Assembly (NCBI GenBank): GCA_977016875.1
Contig: CDRNST010000057.1
Location: 2,232,001 to 2,296,000 of the forward strand
Direction: 5' to 3'
Length of the DNA stretch: 64,000 nt
From: Pavona decussata
Taxonomy: Eukaryota
Shown: piece by piece, positions 1 through 12,306 of the stretch
Layout: each line of letters begins with the position of its first letter
Numbering within the stretch: position 1 is the first letter of the stretch
Position numbers and translations under genes: made by a program
Notes under the pieces: generated by a model
Told to the model about the DNA's origin: nothing
The model's database searches: none
Seen by the model: the letters and a program-made list of their open reading frames with translations, nothing else

Positions 1-431
1 GTGTTTATTGATGTTGCCATGGCAACCAATTTTTGACAGGAGGTCTTTTCAGAAAACGGAAAATCCCTTTTTGAAGTGAAGAAATTTTAACTTGCTGTAA
101 CGTTAATACTTTTAGTTCATATTACTTTTCCTTTATTGGTTTTGATTACTTTTTGTTCAATTTCGGCGCTTCCCTGAAGTTTTGGAAAAATCCAGACATT
201 CAAGATGGCGGATCCAAGATGGCCGCCATTTGGCAATCATGACGTAATGATCACGTCATATGACGTCATCACTTCCCGTTGAGGACCTCAAAGGAAACAT
301 CTTTGGACGTACTATCTATCCTGCAAGCTTCATCTTCATAGCTTTTATGCTTGCTGAGTTATGTCAGGGGTGGAATCCACCCCCCACCCCCGTCCATGAA
401 GACAAAAAAAGCCCGATCTAAATAGGGTTAA
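1..431. mobile_element. Right end of a non-autonomous DNA transposon (piggyBac-like GGG|TTAA end), truncated by the window edge
   Basis: Ends in ...AATAGGG followed by TTAA (428-431). Short internal palindromes (TTGCCATGGCAA, ATGACGTCAT). No ORF. Confidence 0.4.
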
Positions 432-1105
432 AGACGGAACCTCCTCCTCCTCCTCCTCCTCCTGAAACACTGAGAGTATTTTAACGCACTTAATGTCTGC
501 AAGAAAAGCAGATTTTTGCAATGGCTATTGACCACAGACAATGACCACAAATGGTTCACAGCGGCTGCAGAGCCATGACCATTGATAGTTAACAATTAAT
601 GATAATGGCCTAAGGGAGGTGCATAGTTATGGAGGTAGATATTTACCACTATATTTACCGACACTGAGGTGAATAATAGTTTAGTATATACCAAACCCGT
701 GTACTGTGATGAAGTTAAAGTTTCCCTCTGTCGATTGCACTCCCTCGCTACTTCCGACATCTCATATCTCCGCAGCTCGCTCTTCTTAATGCCCTGACTT
801 CGATAGCTTGCTTTGATGTGATCTCCTACAGTGGTTTCCCGGGCTCTACAGTCGATTAGAATACGGCTGACGGTAAACATGATGAGAAGCTCAGGTCTGG
901 GGAAAAGAAATTCTGTCTCAAAATTATCTGATTTAAAGAGATCTTTGCGATTCCATTCATGAGCGAATATTTTGGAGCATTTGTGTGTGAATGGATGGCG
1001 AATTGTTGAAGGAATTTACGGATGATATCATATATGTGGGTCTGAATCCGTAGGGAAATTCCAAAGTGGGCAGAATGCATGGGGTGAGATCATGGGTTGC
1101 TTTAA

Positions 1106-1663
1106 AGTGACCCTGGGACGAAAATTTTATTTTCCATCTTTTTGCATTTTCGTGTAGAATATGACCTTCTTACTCATGTTACCAAATTTCAATCCTTTAC
1201 GGCGATTAGAAGTATTTTACTTAGCTTTTTATTCGAGATTTCACGGCCGCCATTACTTGGCCTTGTTCCGGAAGTTAAAACTCAAATTACAGGAAGTGAC
1301 GTCATTGGCTCAACACGGAAAATTCCACATGGCTAATTTTCATATGGATTTTACTTCATAAACTGTATTCTGCTGTTATTTAGTTCGCAACAGCAGAATA
1401 CAGTTTATGAAGTAGAATCCATATGAAAATTAGCCATCTGGAATTTTTCGTGTTGAGCCAATGACGTCACTTCCTGTATTTTGAGCCTTAACTTCCAGAA
1501 CAAGGCCAAGTAATGGTGGCCGTGAAATCTCGAATAAAAAGCTAAAAAAAAAAATACTTCCAATCGCCGTAAAGGATTGAAATTTGGTAACATGAGTAAG
1601 AAGGTCATATTCTACACGAAAATGCAAAAAGATGGAAAATGAAATTTTCGTCCCAGGGGCACT
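1106..1663. mobile_element. Almost fully palindromic (foldback) MITE, Kolobok-like (TTAA TSD, AG...CT termini)
   Basis: Arms of ~270 bp are reverse complements around a short loop at ~1376-1390. Flanked by TTAA at 1102-1105 and 1664-1667. Explains the mirror ORFs 1142/1161(+) and 1405/1430(-). Confidence 0.85.
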
Positions 1664-1667
1664 TTAA

Positions 1668-2379
1668 GGACGGTACCTTCTTTTGCTACCGCGCATACGT
1701 TCGGCGCATCTCGGCTTCTCGGGATGGTCCTGGCAGTCGGGTTTCTTTTGCCCAATGCTTTCGTGCGGAAACGACTGCTACGCAGGTTGGGTCGGTGCCT
1801 GCTAAAACTGAGATATTTTTTTCGTAGCTTATAACTATACCGGAAAAGCAAATTTTTTCAGGGGTTATTGGGATCGGAAAAGAAAATTAGGGGTAGCCAC
1901 GTCACCCATTTTTTAGAGATAATTACGGCTTCGATTTGGGGGAAAATGTCATACATTGTTTTGTATTTTGGCGCGCTTTTTAAAACTAGTAATAGTAATC
2001 ACAGATTAAAAACTGCGGTCGTACATGTCAATTTGTATGTTGAAGAGAAGGGACTTGTGTGGATGAACTCTTCACTTGAAAAAGAGGCCAGATTCTTGAA
2101 TCAAAACGACGTAAATTTGTGCGACAGAGAAACAAAATGGCCGCCAATCTCGATTTGTCCCTCATGCATTTTGCACAGGCATCCCAACGCAAACACAAAA
2201 TTAGACTTGATGTCTCCCATTGTCGACCGCGATTATTGTTGGTTAATTATCTCTCAAAAAATGCCTGGTTACTCCCAATTTTCTTTCTGATTCTAATTTT
2301 AATAGCCCTCGCTAAGATCTGCTTTTCCCGCACAGTCATAAACCGCACAGTAATACTTCTGTATTAGTGGACACCGTCC
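1668..2379. mobile_element. Kolobok-like MITE sharing the TTAA with the upstream MITE; contains a nested small MITE (~2015-2230)
   Basis: Termini TTAA|GGACGGT ... ACCGTCC|TCAA. The internal insert is bounded by GCGGTCG(T)ACA ... TGTCGACCGC. Confidence 0.65.
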
Positions 2380-2411
2380 TCAAGGGATGAATTAGTGGGA
2401 TGTGAGTGAAG

Positions 2412-2535
2412 AAACCGTTAGTATTGTGTAAATAGTGTATTTGTTAGTTACCGTAGTATAGTAAGCATATATTGTAAGTACAGTCAGGACTGTAATTATC
2501 GCAATTAGTGTTTATTTAACAATTATTCCACGAGC

Positions 2536-2593
<58 letters not shown>

Positions 2594-2829
2594 AATCATC
2601 TCATATCCAACAAGCGCAAGTGGAATAATTGTTTTATTAAAAACAACCGAGAAATATTGCTAGATCTTGCTGATTTCGCTGTGCAAGAACGACCAGAAGG
2701 CAATTTAATGGTCGCCATTTCTCGGCCATGGTATAATTGCTCATATACCATGGCCGCTAAGCCAACCAAATCCCTCGAATTGCATTATACAATGATGCAG
2801 TTTTTAATAATAACGAATATTCCACGAGC

Positions 2830-2864
<35 letters not shown>

Positions 2865-3181
2865 ACGCGTAGCACAGAGTTGGCTATAATCATCTCATAT
2901 CCAACAAGCGCGAATGGAATAGTTGTTTTATTAAAAACAATTCGGAAATATTGCTAGATCGTGCTGATTTCTCCTTGCAAAAACAATCAGAAGACAATTT
3001 AATGATCGCCTTTTCTCGGACATGGTAGAATGGCTGATATACCATGGACGCTAAACCAATCAAATCCCTGGAATTGCATTATACAATGATCCAGTTTTTA
3101 ATAATCAGTGTTAGTAGAATTTAGTATTGTATTATGAGTGTTACGTAAAGCTAATAAAAATCCTTTCTTATTAAAAAAAAA
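2412..3181 (+). mobile_element. 5'-truncated retroposon tail with poly(A) and 12-bp TSD, itself interrupted by a repeat dimer
   Basis: ATGTGAGTGAAG at 2400-2411 and 3182-3193. AATAAA at ~3153 and an A-tract at 3173-3182. Confidence 0.7.
2517..3105. repeat. Tandem dimer of a ~300-bp dispersed repeat whose first ~110 bp form a hairpin
   Basis: Units start at ~2521 and ~2817 (ATTCCACGAGCGCGCGTTGGATATGAGATGAT...ATCATCTCATATCCAACAAGCGC..GGAATA). A partial third copy lies at ~15770-15908. Confidence 0.85.
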
Positions 3182-3695
3182 ATGTGAGTGAAGTCAGAGG
3201 TGTGATTGAAGTGATAAGCGGATGGTGAGGTTATCAATCGGATTTATATCGTGGGTTCGTGTGAAATGAGTGTATTCATGAGTATGAGTGGGTGCAGGGT
3301 GGGGCGAATTCATGAGGTGAGATAAAACCCAGTAAAGGGTGGATGTGAGAGGGGAATTCGCCCACCCATCCAGAGGGTATCGGACTTATATAGGAAAACA
3401 ACAATTGAAGACTGAGACAGAGCTAATCAAAGGCTGACAACGTAATTACTCGGGGACCAATCAAAACTAAGGACGTCAGACTTCAAAAAATTTGATTTTT
3501 TTTTCTGTTCATTAAGTAAATGTATAGAACTTGACGAAATTTTCAAAATGAATCTACATCTACATCTACATTGAATAATAAATAACACTAAAAAGTAAAG
3601 GAATGAAGGCGGTCATGGCTAAGAAATCGAAAGAAAAATATTCTGATTGCGTGAATATTTTGCTGAATCTTTGAACTTCAAGTAATGTGAGGGAC

Positions 3696-4376
3696 TCAAG
3701 CAGTTTAAGGCCTGGGTTAAGGGCTTTTAAGAGGAAAAATGGTTTATTCTAGATAACTTTAACAAATTCAATGGCACTGAACTGAAATTTGGAGGATAAA
3801 AAGATCTTATCATTCTGAAAATTTCTAATCATGATAAGTAGTGCTATAGATCAAGTGACATGTCACGTGATCGTTTTTGTGAAAAAAGCAAAGATTTGAC
3901 AGGTAGGCGACGGTTTTAAGAGAAAACATCAAACAAAAACGCGTTTCTAATAAAGATTAAATATCTCCATCGCTTCACGTTTGGAATGATCGTCCATTGT
4001 TCTCCAGAAAAAAATTATCAGCACAAAGGTCATTTTTTAGTCCCCAATTCAACCTTTGATTGTTAATTTCTCCAATTTAAAAACTTAAGGACAGTCATTC
4101 CAACCGTAGAAAGTTAAATATTTCAAATCTGCTTCGGAAACACTAATTCAGTTATCTATATAAAGAAAATTCGTCGCCATATCGCCGATTCACGTAATTT
4201 TCATTTTTTGGTCACGTGATGTGTCACGTGATCAAAATTATACGTTAAGGCAAAAGAAAACATCAAGTTTAATATTCAGGGAAAATTTCATCCTGTTCTA
4301 GGCAGAGAAACCGGAGATATAGGGGATCATTCATAACTTCTGAACACCCTTGAAACCCAGGCCTTAAACTGCTTGA
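3696..4376. mobile_element. Non-autonomous TIR DNA transposon, copy 1
   Basis: TIRs TCAAGCAGTTTAAGGCCTGGGTT / AACCCAGGCCTTAAACTGCTTGA. Closely similar full copy at 46858-47516 and partial copy at ~41270-41580. Confidence 0.85.
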
Positions 4377-4829
4377 GGAATACGTATGTGTTCACAGCAG
4401 CTGAGCTTTAAAACGTTGCAGATGCAGATGGCAAGTAAGTGAGAAATATGACTGGACCCACCTCTTAGGAACAAGAACAGACAAAAAATTCTTTTACAAG
4501 ATTGAGTTATTGCCAGTTTTTGTTCTAAGTATGGCTCTCAATCCACTTTACGGAAAAGGGTGGCGAGAGTACAATACCTTCTGATACTACTACAACCAAT
4601 AGGCACACTGAAAGCCATACTTTTGCAATATTGTCATTATGCAAGATTAATGAACAACAACAACAACAATATATTTATTTGCAAAAATAAGTTACATATT
4701 ATACTTACCCGCAAATAGCAACGCTAATCGAGGTGGGCCAGTCTTGAAACTTCATAATTTATACAGTTACATTTTTATCAGGCAAGATAATGTTATCGAT
4801 TTGATGATGAAAATTACGGGTAGAATCAT

Positions 4830-5068
4830 ATTTAAGACATCGTTTCGGTGTCCTCATGACACCATCATCAGGTCAAAAGATAATATTCAACAGATAACAA
4901 GAATATTAATGTTCAAGTTCAAGTTCTCACATTCGTGAGAACAAACCGTGTCTAAATCCGTGTCTAAATATTCAAAGTGACTCGATAAAAGCAAAACTCT
5001 TCACCTAGCCTCAAAGGACTATGAACTTGAACTTGAACATTAATATTCTTATTATCTGTTGAATATTG
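4830..5068 (-). mobile_element. Penelope-like element remnant with a degenerate minimal hammerhead motif and an inverted repeat
   Basis: Minus strand 4872-4835 reads CTGATGA-T-GGTGTC-ATGAG-GACACC-GAAAC-GAT-GTC. The adjacent ~45-bp inverted repeat is at 4882-4926 vs 5023-5067. Confidence 0.55.
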
Positions 5069-5334
5069 TCTTAACATTTTTGCCCTATTTATTTGTATAT
5101 TTTTTTATTTTTATTTATTTATTTTTTATTATTTTTTCACAATGTAAAAAGAGCAAAAGGTAAATGAATAAAATAGAAAGTGAAATGAAATGTGTAGATT
5201 GTTGAAGTGAGAAAAGTGTAGAAAAGCGTATAGGAAACAGCATGTGTTAATTAGATATTGTACCACGTGCACGAGTACAGCCGTTCAAAGGGCCAATAGG
5301 CCACTTTCATGATGGCGTCATTTCACTACAATTT

Positions 5335-6135
5335 ATTTTATTTTTTTATTAGCTTTGCCTTTATGTTACCAAAAAAAATCACAACCAATATGTAGACGTT
5401 GGCAGGGACATCGCAACAGCTAAGTAGCCAATCACTGGGGGCCCAGAAATAAAACATATGTAACAGAAGGAAAGAAAGAAAAAACACATCACATGCAGCA
5501 CATTATTGGTACGTCAAGAAATCTCGTGGAGTTGCATTTCAAACAGATTGTTTTAAGCGTTCCAGGGTTGTCCGGATTGTAGTTCATTCTGACAGCACGA
5601 GAGTAGTAGTCATAGAGGAGAGATTTGAAACTAGTAAGAGTAGCATTAGCCAAGTCCATTCTGCCAGTGAGTAAGTTCCAGATTCTGGTTGTTCCAATAA
5701 CTGAAAAGATTTCTGATATGTTGTAGTTCTACATCTCTTGGGGACAAAGATAGGAAAGCTAGTAGCGGATGTTCGAGTCGTTCTAGCGCCGCTTTCGCGC
5801 ACGACGGGAACAACGGAAGGACTAAGGTGGACTAGGTTATGCGTTCATGCCAATAACGTACAGGGAGTAGATCTAGAGATATTAACCTTTCCTTGTAAGA
5901 TATTTTTGTGATAAAAGGTAAATGGAGAATAAATTTGGCTTGCACTACTTTGAATTTTTTCAAGTTTGGAAATTAATTCAATTGTCTGAGGCGCCCAGAC
6001 CTGAGTTGCGTACGCTAAGTGTGCACGCACTAGGCCAAGATACAAGATGCCCCTTGTAGAGGTACTTCGAATGTACCTGGCATACCTCCTAATGTGTCCC
6101 AACAACTTGTTAGCACGTGCGGCTTGGTGACAGAC
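5335..6135 (-). mobile_element. 3' fragment of a non-LTR retrotransposon (RT C-terminal region, CR1/L2-like), frameshifted
   Basis: ORF 5845-6105 LYLGLVRAHLAYATQVWAP...LEKIQ is typical of the LINE ORF2 C-terminus. It continues in another frame (SYKERLISLDLLP) and ends in an A-rich tail near 5335. Confidence 0.8.
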
Positions 6136-6484
6136 TTGGGCGCGCCAGGTCAGGTCACAGTCTAACTACACTCTGTATTTTTTTTCTTTTTTTTTTTTTG
6201 TTTTTTGAAAGAGTCTTTTTTCTTGGAACGTCGAGGCTGAGATTAACCAAAATTTTAAGAACATTCCTCAGGCTGAGTCGATTAACAAACTTTTTATTTT
6301 GCTAATCTGTATATAAAACCAAGGTAACAAATGTAAATTAACCAAAATACTTAGGGCATGTTTTGTATAACAAACAATGGTAACACACATCTCGGTTTGT
6401 CATAATCAGCAGTTGAGTTCTCGTTACCATATCTCAGCAGGCAATGCACTTTAACAGGTTTCCTGTTCATGTAGGCATTGATTT

Positions 6485-7073
6485 AGGCCCGGGTTAAACG
6501 CCTTATGCCCGGGTTAAACGACGTACTTCACATGAGCCGAACCTAATTACAAACGTCGAACTTAATTCAGCCAAACTTACTGTAAGATCGAATAAAAAGC
6601 AAAGCGGTCAAGAAATACCTGTGAAGGATATAATAAAACTACAGAAAAACTTGAAAATATGCGACTTTTAGCAAAAAATATAGTTATAATGAAGGCTTGT
6701 CAATTCGTCCAAATTTTCTTCAATAAATTTTGCCTGTATTATAGGTTAACGCTTTTCGTGGCTTTTTATGGCCTATTTCGATTTAGGTGAAAACCGTTGG
6801 AATTAAAAGTTGTGTCATTCTTTAGGTTTTCTGCATGACTGATTTTACGCCAAGGGTTTTCAGCCAATCACGAGCCCTGTTACATTTAGAAATACATTAC
6901 CGTAATTCATGCATTGGGTTCGGCTAATGTGAAGATCGGCGTTTGACCCAAAGTCGATCTTCAGCCGTTCTTCAGCCGATCCAAATAAAATTACCCGAAC
7001 TTAACTGGGTCAAACGCCGAACTTCATATGAACTTAACTCATGTTAATTAGTTGAATTGAGTTCGGCTCATGT
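6485..7073. mobile_element. MITE remnant with imperfect TIRs
   Basis: CATGAGCCGAACCTAATT (~6531) vs AATTGAGTTCGGCTCATG (~7055). Related internal sub-repeats. Confidence 0.55.
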
Positions 7074-7407
7074 TGTATACCATGTAATTTAATTAAGAAC
7101 ATCTTAAGAACGTTTTCAGAAGAACGTTCAGCCTCAGCTCCAAAATTGAACGTTGTTATAAAAAAAACCGGAGGGTACCAGTATTCATTTTGTTTTCCTT
7201 TTCAACTTCTAATTTTGTAATCCCAGTGGAGAGCAAAGAACAATAGCTCTAATTAGCATGAGAAAACAAAAACCAGAAGGATTCTGGTACAATAGTTGTA
7301 GTAAAATGACGCCATAGTGTAACATCGTGAAAGTGCGGTCTTATCATCAGAGCTTGAAAACACACTTCCTTCGGTAATACATTCATGGAACCGAACGTCG
7401 TGTCTGT

Positions 7408-7535
7408 NNNNNNNNNNNNNNNNNNNNNNNNNNNNNNNNNNNNNNNNNNNNNNNNNNNNNNNNNNNNNNNNNNNNNNNNNNNNNNNNNNNNNNNNNNNNN
7501 NNNNNNNNNNNNNNNNNNNNNNNNNNNNNNNNNNN
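7408..7535. other. Assembly gap (N run)
   Basis: Run of Ns. Confidence 1.
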
Positions 7536-7819
7536 GCCGCTTAATGTCAAAATACTTTAACCTTCATAAATCCAAGACATTTCGGCGGAACTTCAGGTAG
7601 TCCATAAAGAAAGATAAATACTTGTCGAGGGTGGGGAGGGCAATTAAGAGATCAATGCTTTCAGAGTCAGTGGGAGTTTTTTCACGTCTAAATGTATAGT
7701 TCCATCACATTGGACAGCAGTTTGTACTTTATTTTTCAATAAAATATTTACGGCTATATGTACAATAATTACCAAAATTATGAAAAAAATAAAATATTAC
7801 CTTGTTACTCTACCCCCCA

Positions 7820-7939
7820 TGTTACCACGTGTCGAATCATGAGTTGTTTTGGTTCCAGTTTACGGAACGGGAAGCTTTTGCGCGCGCCAGTAACATTATT
7901 TCACATTGCCATCTTCGTGCGTGGTTTTTGAAGGTAAGA
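7820..7939 (+). promoter_or_regulatory. Putative CpG-rich promoter and non-coding first exon of the small 125-aa gene
   Basis: Local CpG cluster, CGGAA/GGAAG and GCCATCTT (YY1-like) motifs, strong donor AAG|GTAAGA after 7933. Confidence 0.5.
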
Positions 7940-10740
7940 TCTAGTGTCTTTTTTGTTTATACGCTAATATACATTGTCCTTAAACTAAGACGTGCAGAAA
8001 CTCTTTAAAAAACGAAAAATCTGTTGACACAGTTGTCCGGCTTTGAATTTTGAGCTTCCTTCAAGATCGATGTGCGTTTTGTATGTTTTAACCACGAAAA
8101 GTTTCTTTACAGCAAGGACTTATATTAGTGCCACTTTGATCATAGTTTTTAAGTACTGAAGTTATTTTAATGCTAAGATACCCCAGAACGCTAATTGAAG
8201 CTGATATTTTTATTTTTGAGGGCACTGTTATGCAAGCAAATATAAACAGGCAGATAAGCTTAATGGCAGTCTCCGGCATCCGTGCCGGGCGTTTTTCCGA
8301 CATTCAGAAATTCTCACACAATTTCCACAAATATTCTTATTTAAACCTTCTGAGAGTTTTGATTTTTGTTTAGAAATACGAAACGGTACAGTGTATAAAC
8401 AAAATTTAGCTTTGTCTGTAATTACATAGCCGGTTATGCCATGAGCTGGCGGTATGGCAAACGGCAGAAATCACACAACCATCTCCCTGTTTTCAGTTAT
8501 CATCAAAAGGTAGAATTTTTCTGCCTTTTTTCAAGAAAACATAAACGCCAACTTCACGTTTGCCGTTTGCTGTAAACGCAATTCTAAATCCCTCTGATAT
8601 TATATTAAGGTTGCGTTGTAGACGAATAGCTTCGACGCAGTAAGCTTATGTAAAATCAATACGTTCTCTGGTTCTCGACAGAGAAAATTTGTGGTCCTAC
8701 TTGGCCAAAACTAGACAACCTGCATGCAGTAAAAAACTATTTCTGAATTTTGTGCAAAATTCACGTTCGTCTCCTGAGAGCACCTTATTATTATACTGAG
8801 AAAATGAACACTTGTTGTTTATTTATTTATTCATTTAGTTTTATTCATTTGTTTATTACAATTTACTGGCTGAAAAATTACTAAGCGAAGAAATGTGTTG
8901 TTCCAGAAAATATCCATGCTCCCCCACCTAATTCTACGGCTCCTCTTCCCCTTCTCGAAATCCAATTTAGCTTCATACATGAACATTTCTATTTTTTGTG
9001 GCCTTTGAGACCGCTCACCCCCTTCCTCCCCCTGCCCCCCTCCCCCACATACTGCAGTTTCCAATCCCTTGTGTGTGTTTGGGGGAGGTATCAGACCTGC
9101 CAACTCGTCCAGTTTTCCCGGGAGTCTCCAAGTTTTTCATCAAATCTCCCGGACTCCCGGTTATAGCACCATGCAAATCTCCCGGGAAATGCCTACTGTG
9201 GCCTTTTTCAAATTTTTTTCATTAATTTCATTATTTTCAAGATGTCAAAAAGGAAAATAAAACAAGAGGTGGATTTAGTGGTCTTATTTGAGCTGTTCTC
9301 AATCCGAAAATGTAAAACAGAGCAATTAAATAATGAGTATCATAATTGGTCAGAAATCAATCAATCAAATAATTATTGCACAATACATGGTAGGTAAATG
9401 GTGTTCTGACCAAGAGACGTCAGGAACATTCGTAAGGCCTTCGGGTGACATTCTTACAATGCAAAGGTTTCTAGACATCTCCAGATATTTGTACTGGGGG
9501 TTGGCAGGTATCATGGTATGAACTTTTGTGACCTTTTGAGACCCAGCTTGGAATTTCCAATCCCTTCTGTGTGTGGAGGGGGGTTGGGGTAGGGGATGGT
9601 GTGATATGGATATTTTCTGGAACTACACAATAACAAAGTTAACACAAGCAATAAGAGTGCTCCATGGATGAGAAAGTCACAGATAGAAAAAAGACCACCA
9701 AAATACAAACATACATTTAAAGAAACTGAAAGCAAAACTAAACAGGTTAAATAAAGGCCAGTTTCCACATGCAATTTTTGATGCAACTTTTGTTGCATTT
9801 CAGGGCAATTTTTCTCACCCAAGGCTGCAACTTCAAATCACAGGTGCAAACCAGCTGCAATATTGTAGTGACTAAAAACTTGCATTAGAAAGGTCCATTA
9901 AAATTGCACAAAATTGTATACATGTGTAATTTATGGGGCCTTAAAAGTATTCCATTAAAATATTTCCTTCCATCATCTTGTACTTAAAAGTTCTTACACT
10001 ATGTAGCCACTTGTGAAAGTGAATTCAACATTTCTGCAAAGTTCACAGTTTAAAACAAGTACATGTACATTTGAATTTAGTCATCCTTAGCTAGGAAAAT
10101 TCTTCCTGGAAGTGAATAATTATATAGCTTGAAATAAAGAAACTTACATGTAAATGCAAATGAGAAGGCTAAATTTCCAAACAAAAAGAAATTAAAGCCA
10201 AGTAAGGAGGTTTTTTAGTCTATCAAAATAATAATAATAATAATAAGAAGAAGAAGAAGAACATTTTGATAATAATAATTATTACGAAGTCATTAATATT
10301 ATAACCTTGAAAAAACTGAAGGAAATACTGCAGAGACAGATCAGACGATTTTTGATATGATAGCAAGAGTTAGAAAGATTGAAATATTATGCTTAACACT
10401 AGAAGGCTGCTAAGTACTGTTATGGTTTTTTTGAGTTGTCCGTACCCAATGAATTTGGATTAGAAAGAATTAACCTCCAGGAATGGGTATGGAATGCCCC
10501 ATGACTGTCACATACCAATGTTTATTATAATTTGGCTTAAATATCATGTCTCAGACATTCAAAGCCTAATGCATTCATTGGTGATTTTAAGAAGTGGCAT
10601 TGTTTCAAATCCTGTTGAAGCCTTCAAAATGGAAATTTCCGAGGTCTATTCATAAAATTGTTGTCAGTATCAAAAGAACTGTCCATTGACATTGATTTAA
10701 ATTGTGCAGGAAAATAAACTTGTTGAGCAAGAGGGTTAAG

Positions 10741-12306
10741 ATGTCACTGTTGCGAAGAGGACATCAACTGATCTTAGCACTCACAATAAGACAGTCAAGC
10801 ATCAGATGTTTTCAAACAGCACCAGTAGCTATGAATGCAGGCCGAACTCAGGATGGATTCACAGGTAAATGCAGTGTACTTAGCACCTTACAACATGTTC
10901 GGGATGATGTAGATTGTGAGTGTCTGCATGGTTGCTGAATATCCTGCACCGGTGTGCCACATTAATGAGTCAGTTTACGAGAATTTAGTCAGGACTGAGT
11001 CACGATATACACTGTACCACCCAAAGACTGTTAAGGAAATGTTGGCCACTAGACTGTAGAGTTAGCACCATAGGCACTCTACCTCTCCTTCTCTCCACCC
11101 TCTTGGTTCTGGATCCAAAAGTAGTCTGGTTTAGATAGGGTCAACTGCCACAAGTTTCTCAAAGCATTTGCTTTGTCAGGGATGTATAGTTAAGAAAAAC
11201 TCATCAGGTTCATTAATATTATTAATAAACACTGTGGGATAATTTGGACTGTGCACCTTTAAAATTAGCCTGGTGTATTATTTTGTGTTCTGTTGAAATT
11301 TCAGCCGGTGATAACATCTCTTTCAGATGGTGAAATTCACCCGTATCTGCATGGCTCTTTATAGCATCATCCCTGCTTTGTAGATGACAACTGCACAGAT
11401 ACAAATTTCTCTTGGAGCCAATTTATAACTCTTAAACTGGTTTATTTACAACATCATGCACATCAAAAGTGTTTGTACCACCTTAAGTTAATATGAATAC
11501 TTTTATGCAATGTGATGGACAATTCAATCCGAATTCTAGGATGCTGGCTAAAAGGCCTTAGACCCAGTGAGGTGACTGTCACACTCCTGCGTATCATGCC
11601 CTGCTATAACTGGACTACTGCGTAGTCATCATTTCAACTGGGCTCACACATGTACATGTAGGGGGTTGCTATAACACAAAAAGTTAATCTTTAGTTTGTT
11701 TTAATTTTTGACTAGGCTTGGAAAACTGCTTTATTTGGGATGACAAGCACGGCTTTGGTTATGACAAAAATGGACAAGTTGTCATCGTAACACCAAATAC
11801 ATCCAATGCAATGAGCCAAACGTTCAGCTCTAATATACTCAGTAATGGTAAGTTAAAACAGGTCATTGCATTAGTTAAATAATTATTATGATTCTTCTTC
11901 TACCAGTTTTAAATTGGAAAGTTGAAGACTCTGCTTTCGAAACACCCGTTTCTTTCTCAGTGATTGTGCAAAAGTCAGGTACATCTACAGGGTAACCTTG
12001 AAAATTGGCACCATTCAGCACCCCCAGTTGCAGTTCATAGATGGTTGAATTATGTCACATGCCTCTTGTTTTCTTCAAGAGAGGGTGTTGATAGTTAGTC
12101 AACAGACTTGCAGGGGAGCTGTTCTTCAATTTTTCCAAATTTAGTCATCCTGGGCAGTCAAGTAATTATTGGTTTCCCTTTCAGGACCAGGGTTGGAGAA
12201 TTTGTCAGAACTGGAGCACGAGACCCCAAAATTGGAGAAGAGACTAGAATATGAGAATGATGATGATTTTGATGATTATCCTACCTGCGCAGGAGGGAGA
12301 GCCTGA
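10741..12306 (+). CDS. Unannotated small protein (125 aa) with predicted mitochondrial presequence; coding exons 10741-10864, 11716-11847, 12185-12306
   Basis: All introns GT-AG and phase 1 (ACAG|GTAAAT, ACTAG|GC, AATG|GTAAGT, TTTCAG|GA). The joined frame is open: MSLLRRGHQLILALTIRQSSIRCFQTAPVAMNAGRTQDGFTGLENCFIWDDKHGFGYDKNGQVVIVTPNTSNAMSQTFSSNILSNGPGLENLSELEHETPKLEKRLEYENDDDFDDYPTCAGGRA*. Upstream acceptor at 10709/10710. Confidence 0.78.

Noticed and set aside
1142-1627. Mirror-image ORF pairs on both strands
   Set aside because: They arise from the palindromic MITE; no coding features.
2521-3105. Repeated palindromic units resembling a CRISPR or attC array
   Set aside because: Only two ~300-bp units with no unique spacers; eukaryotic dispersed repeat.
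10960-11180. Possible decayed LINE endonuclease on the minus strand within the microprotein intron
   Set aside because: Similarity is too weak to support by eye.
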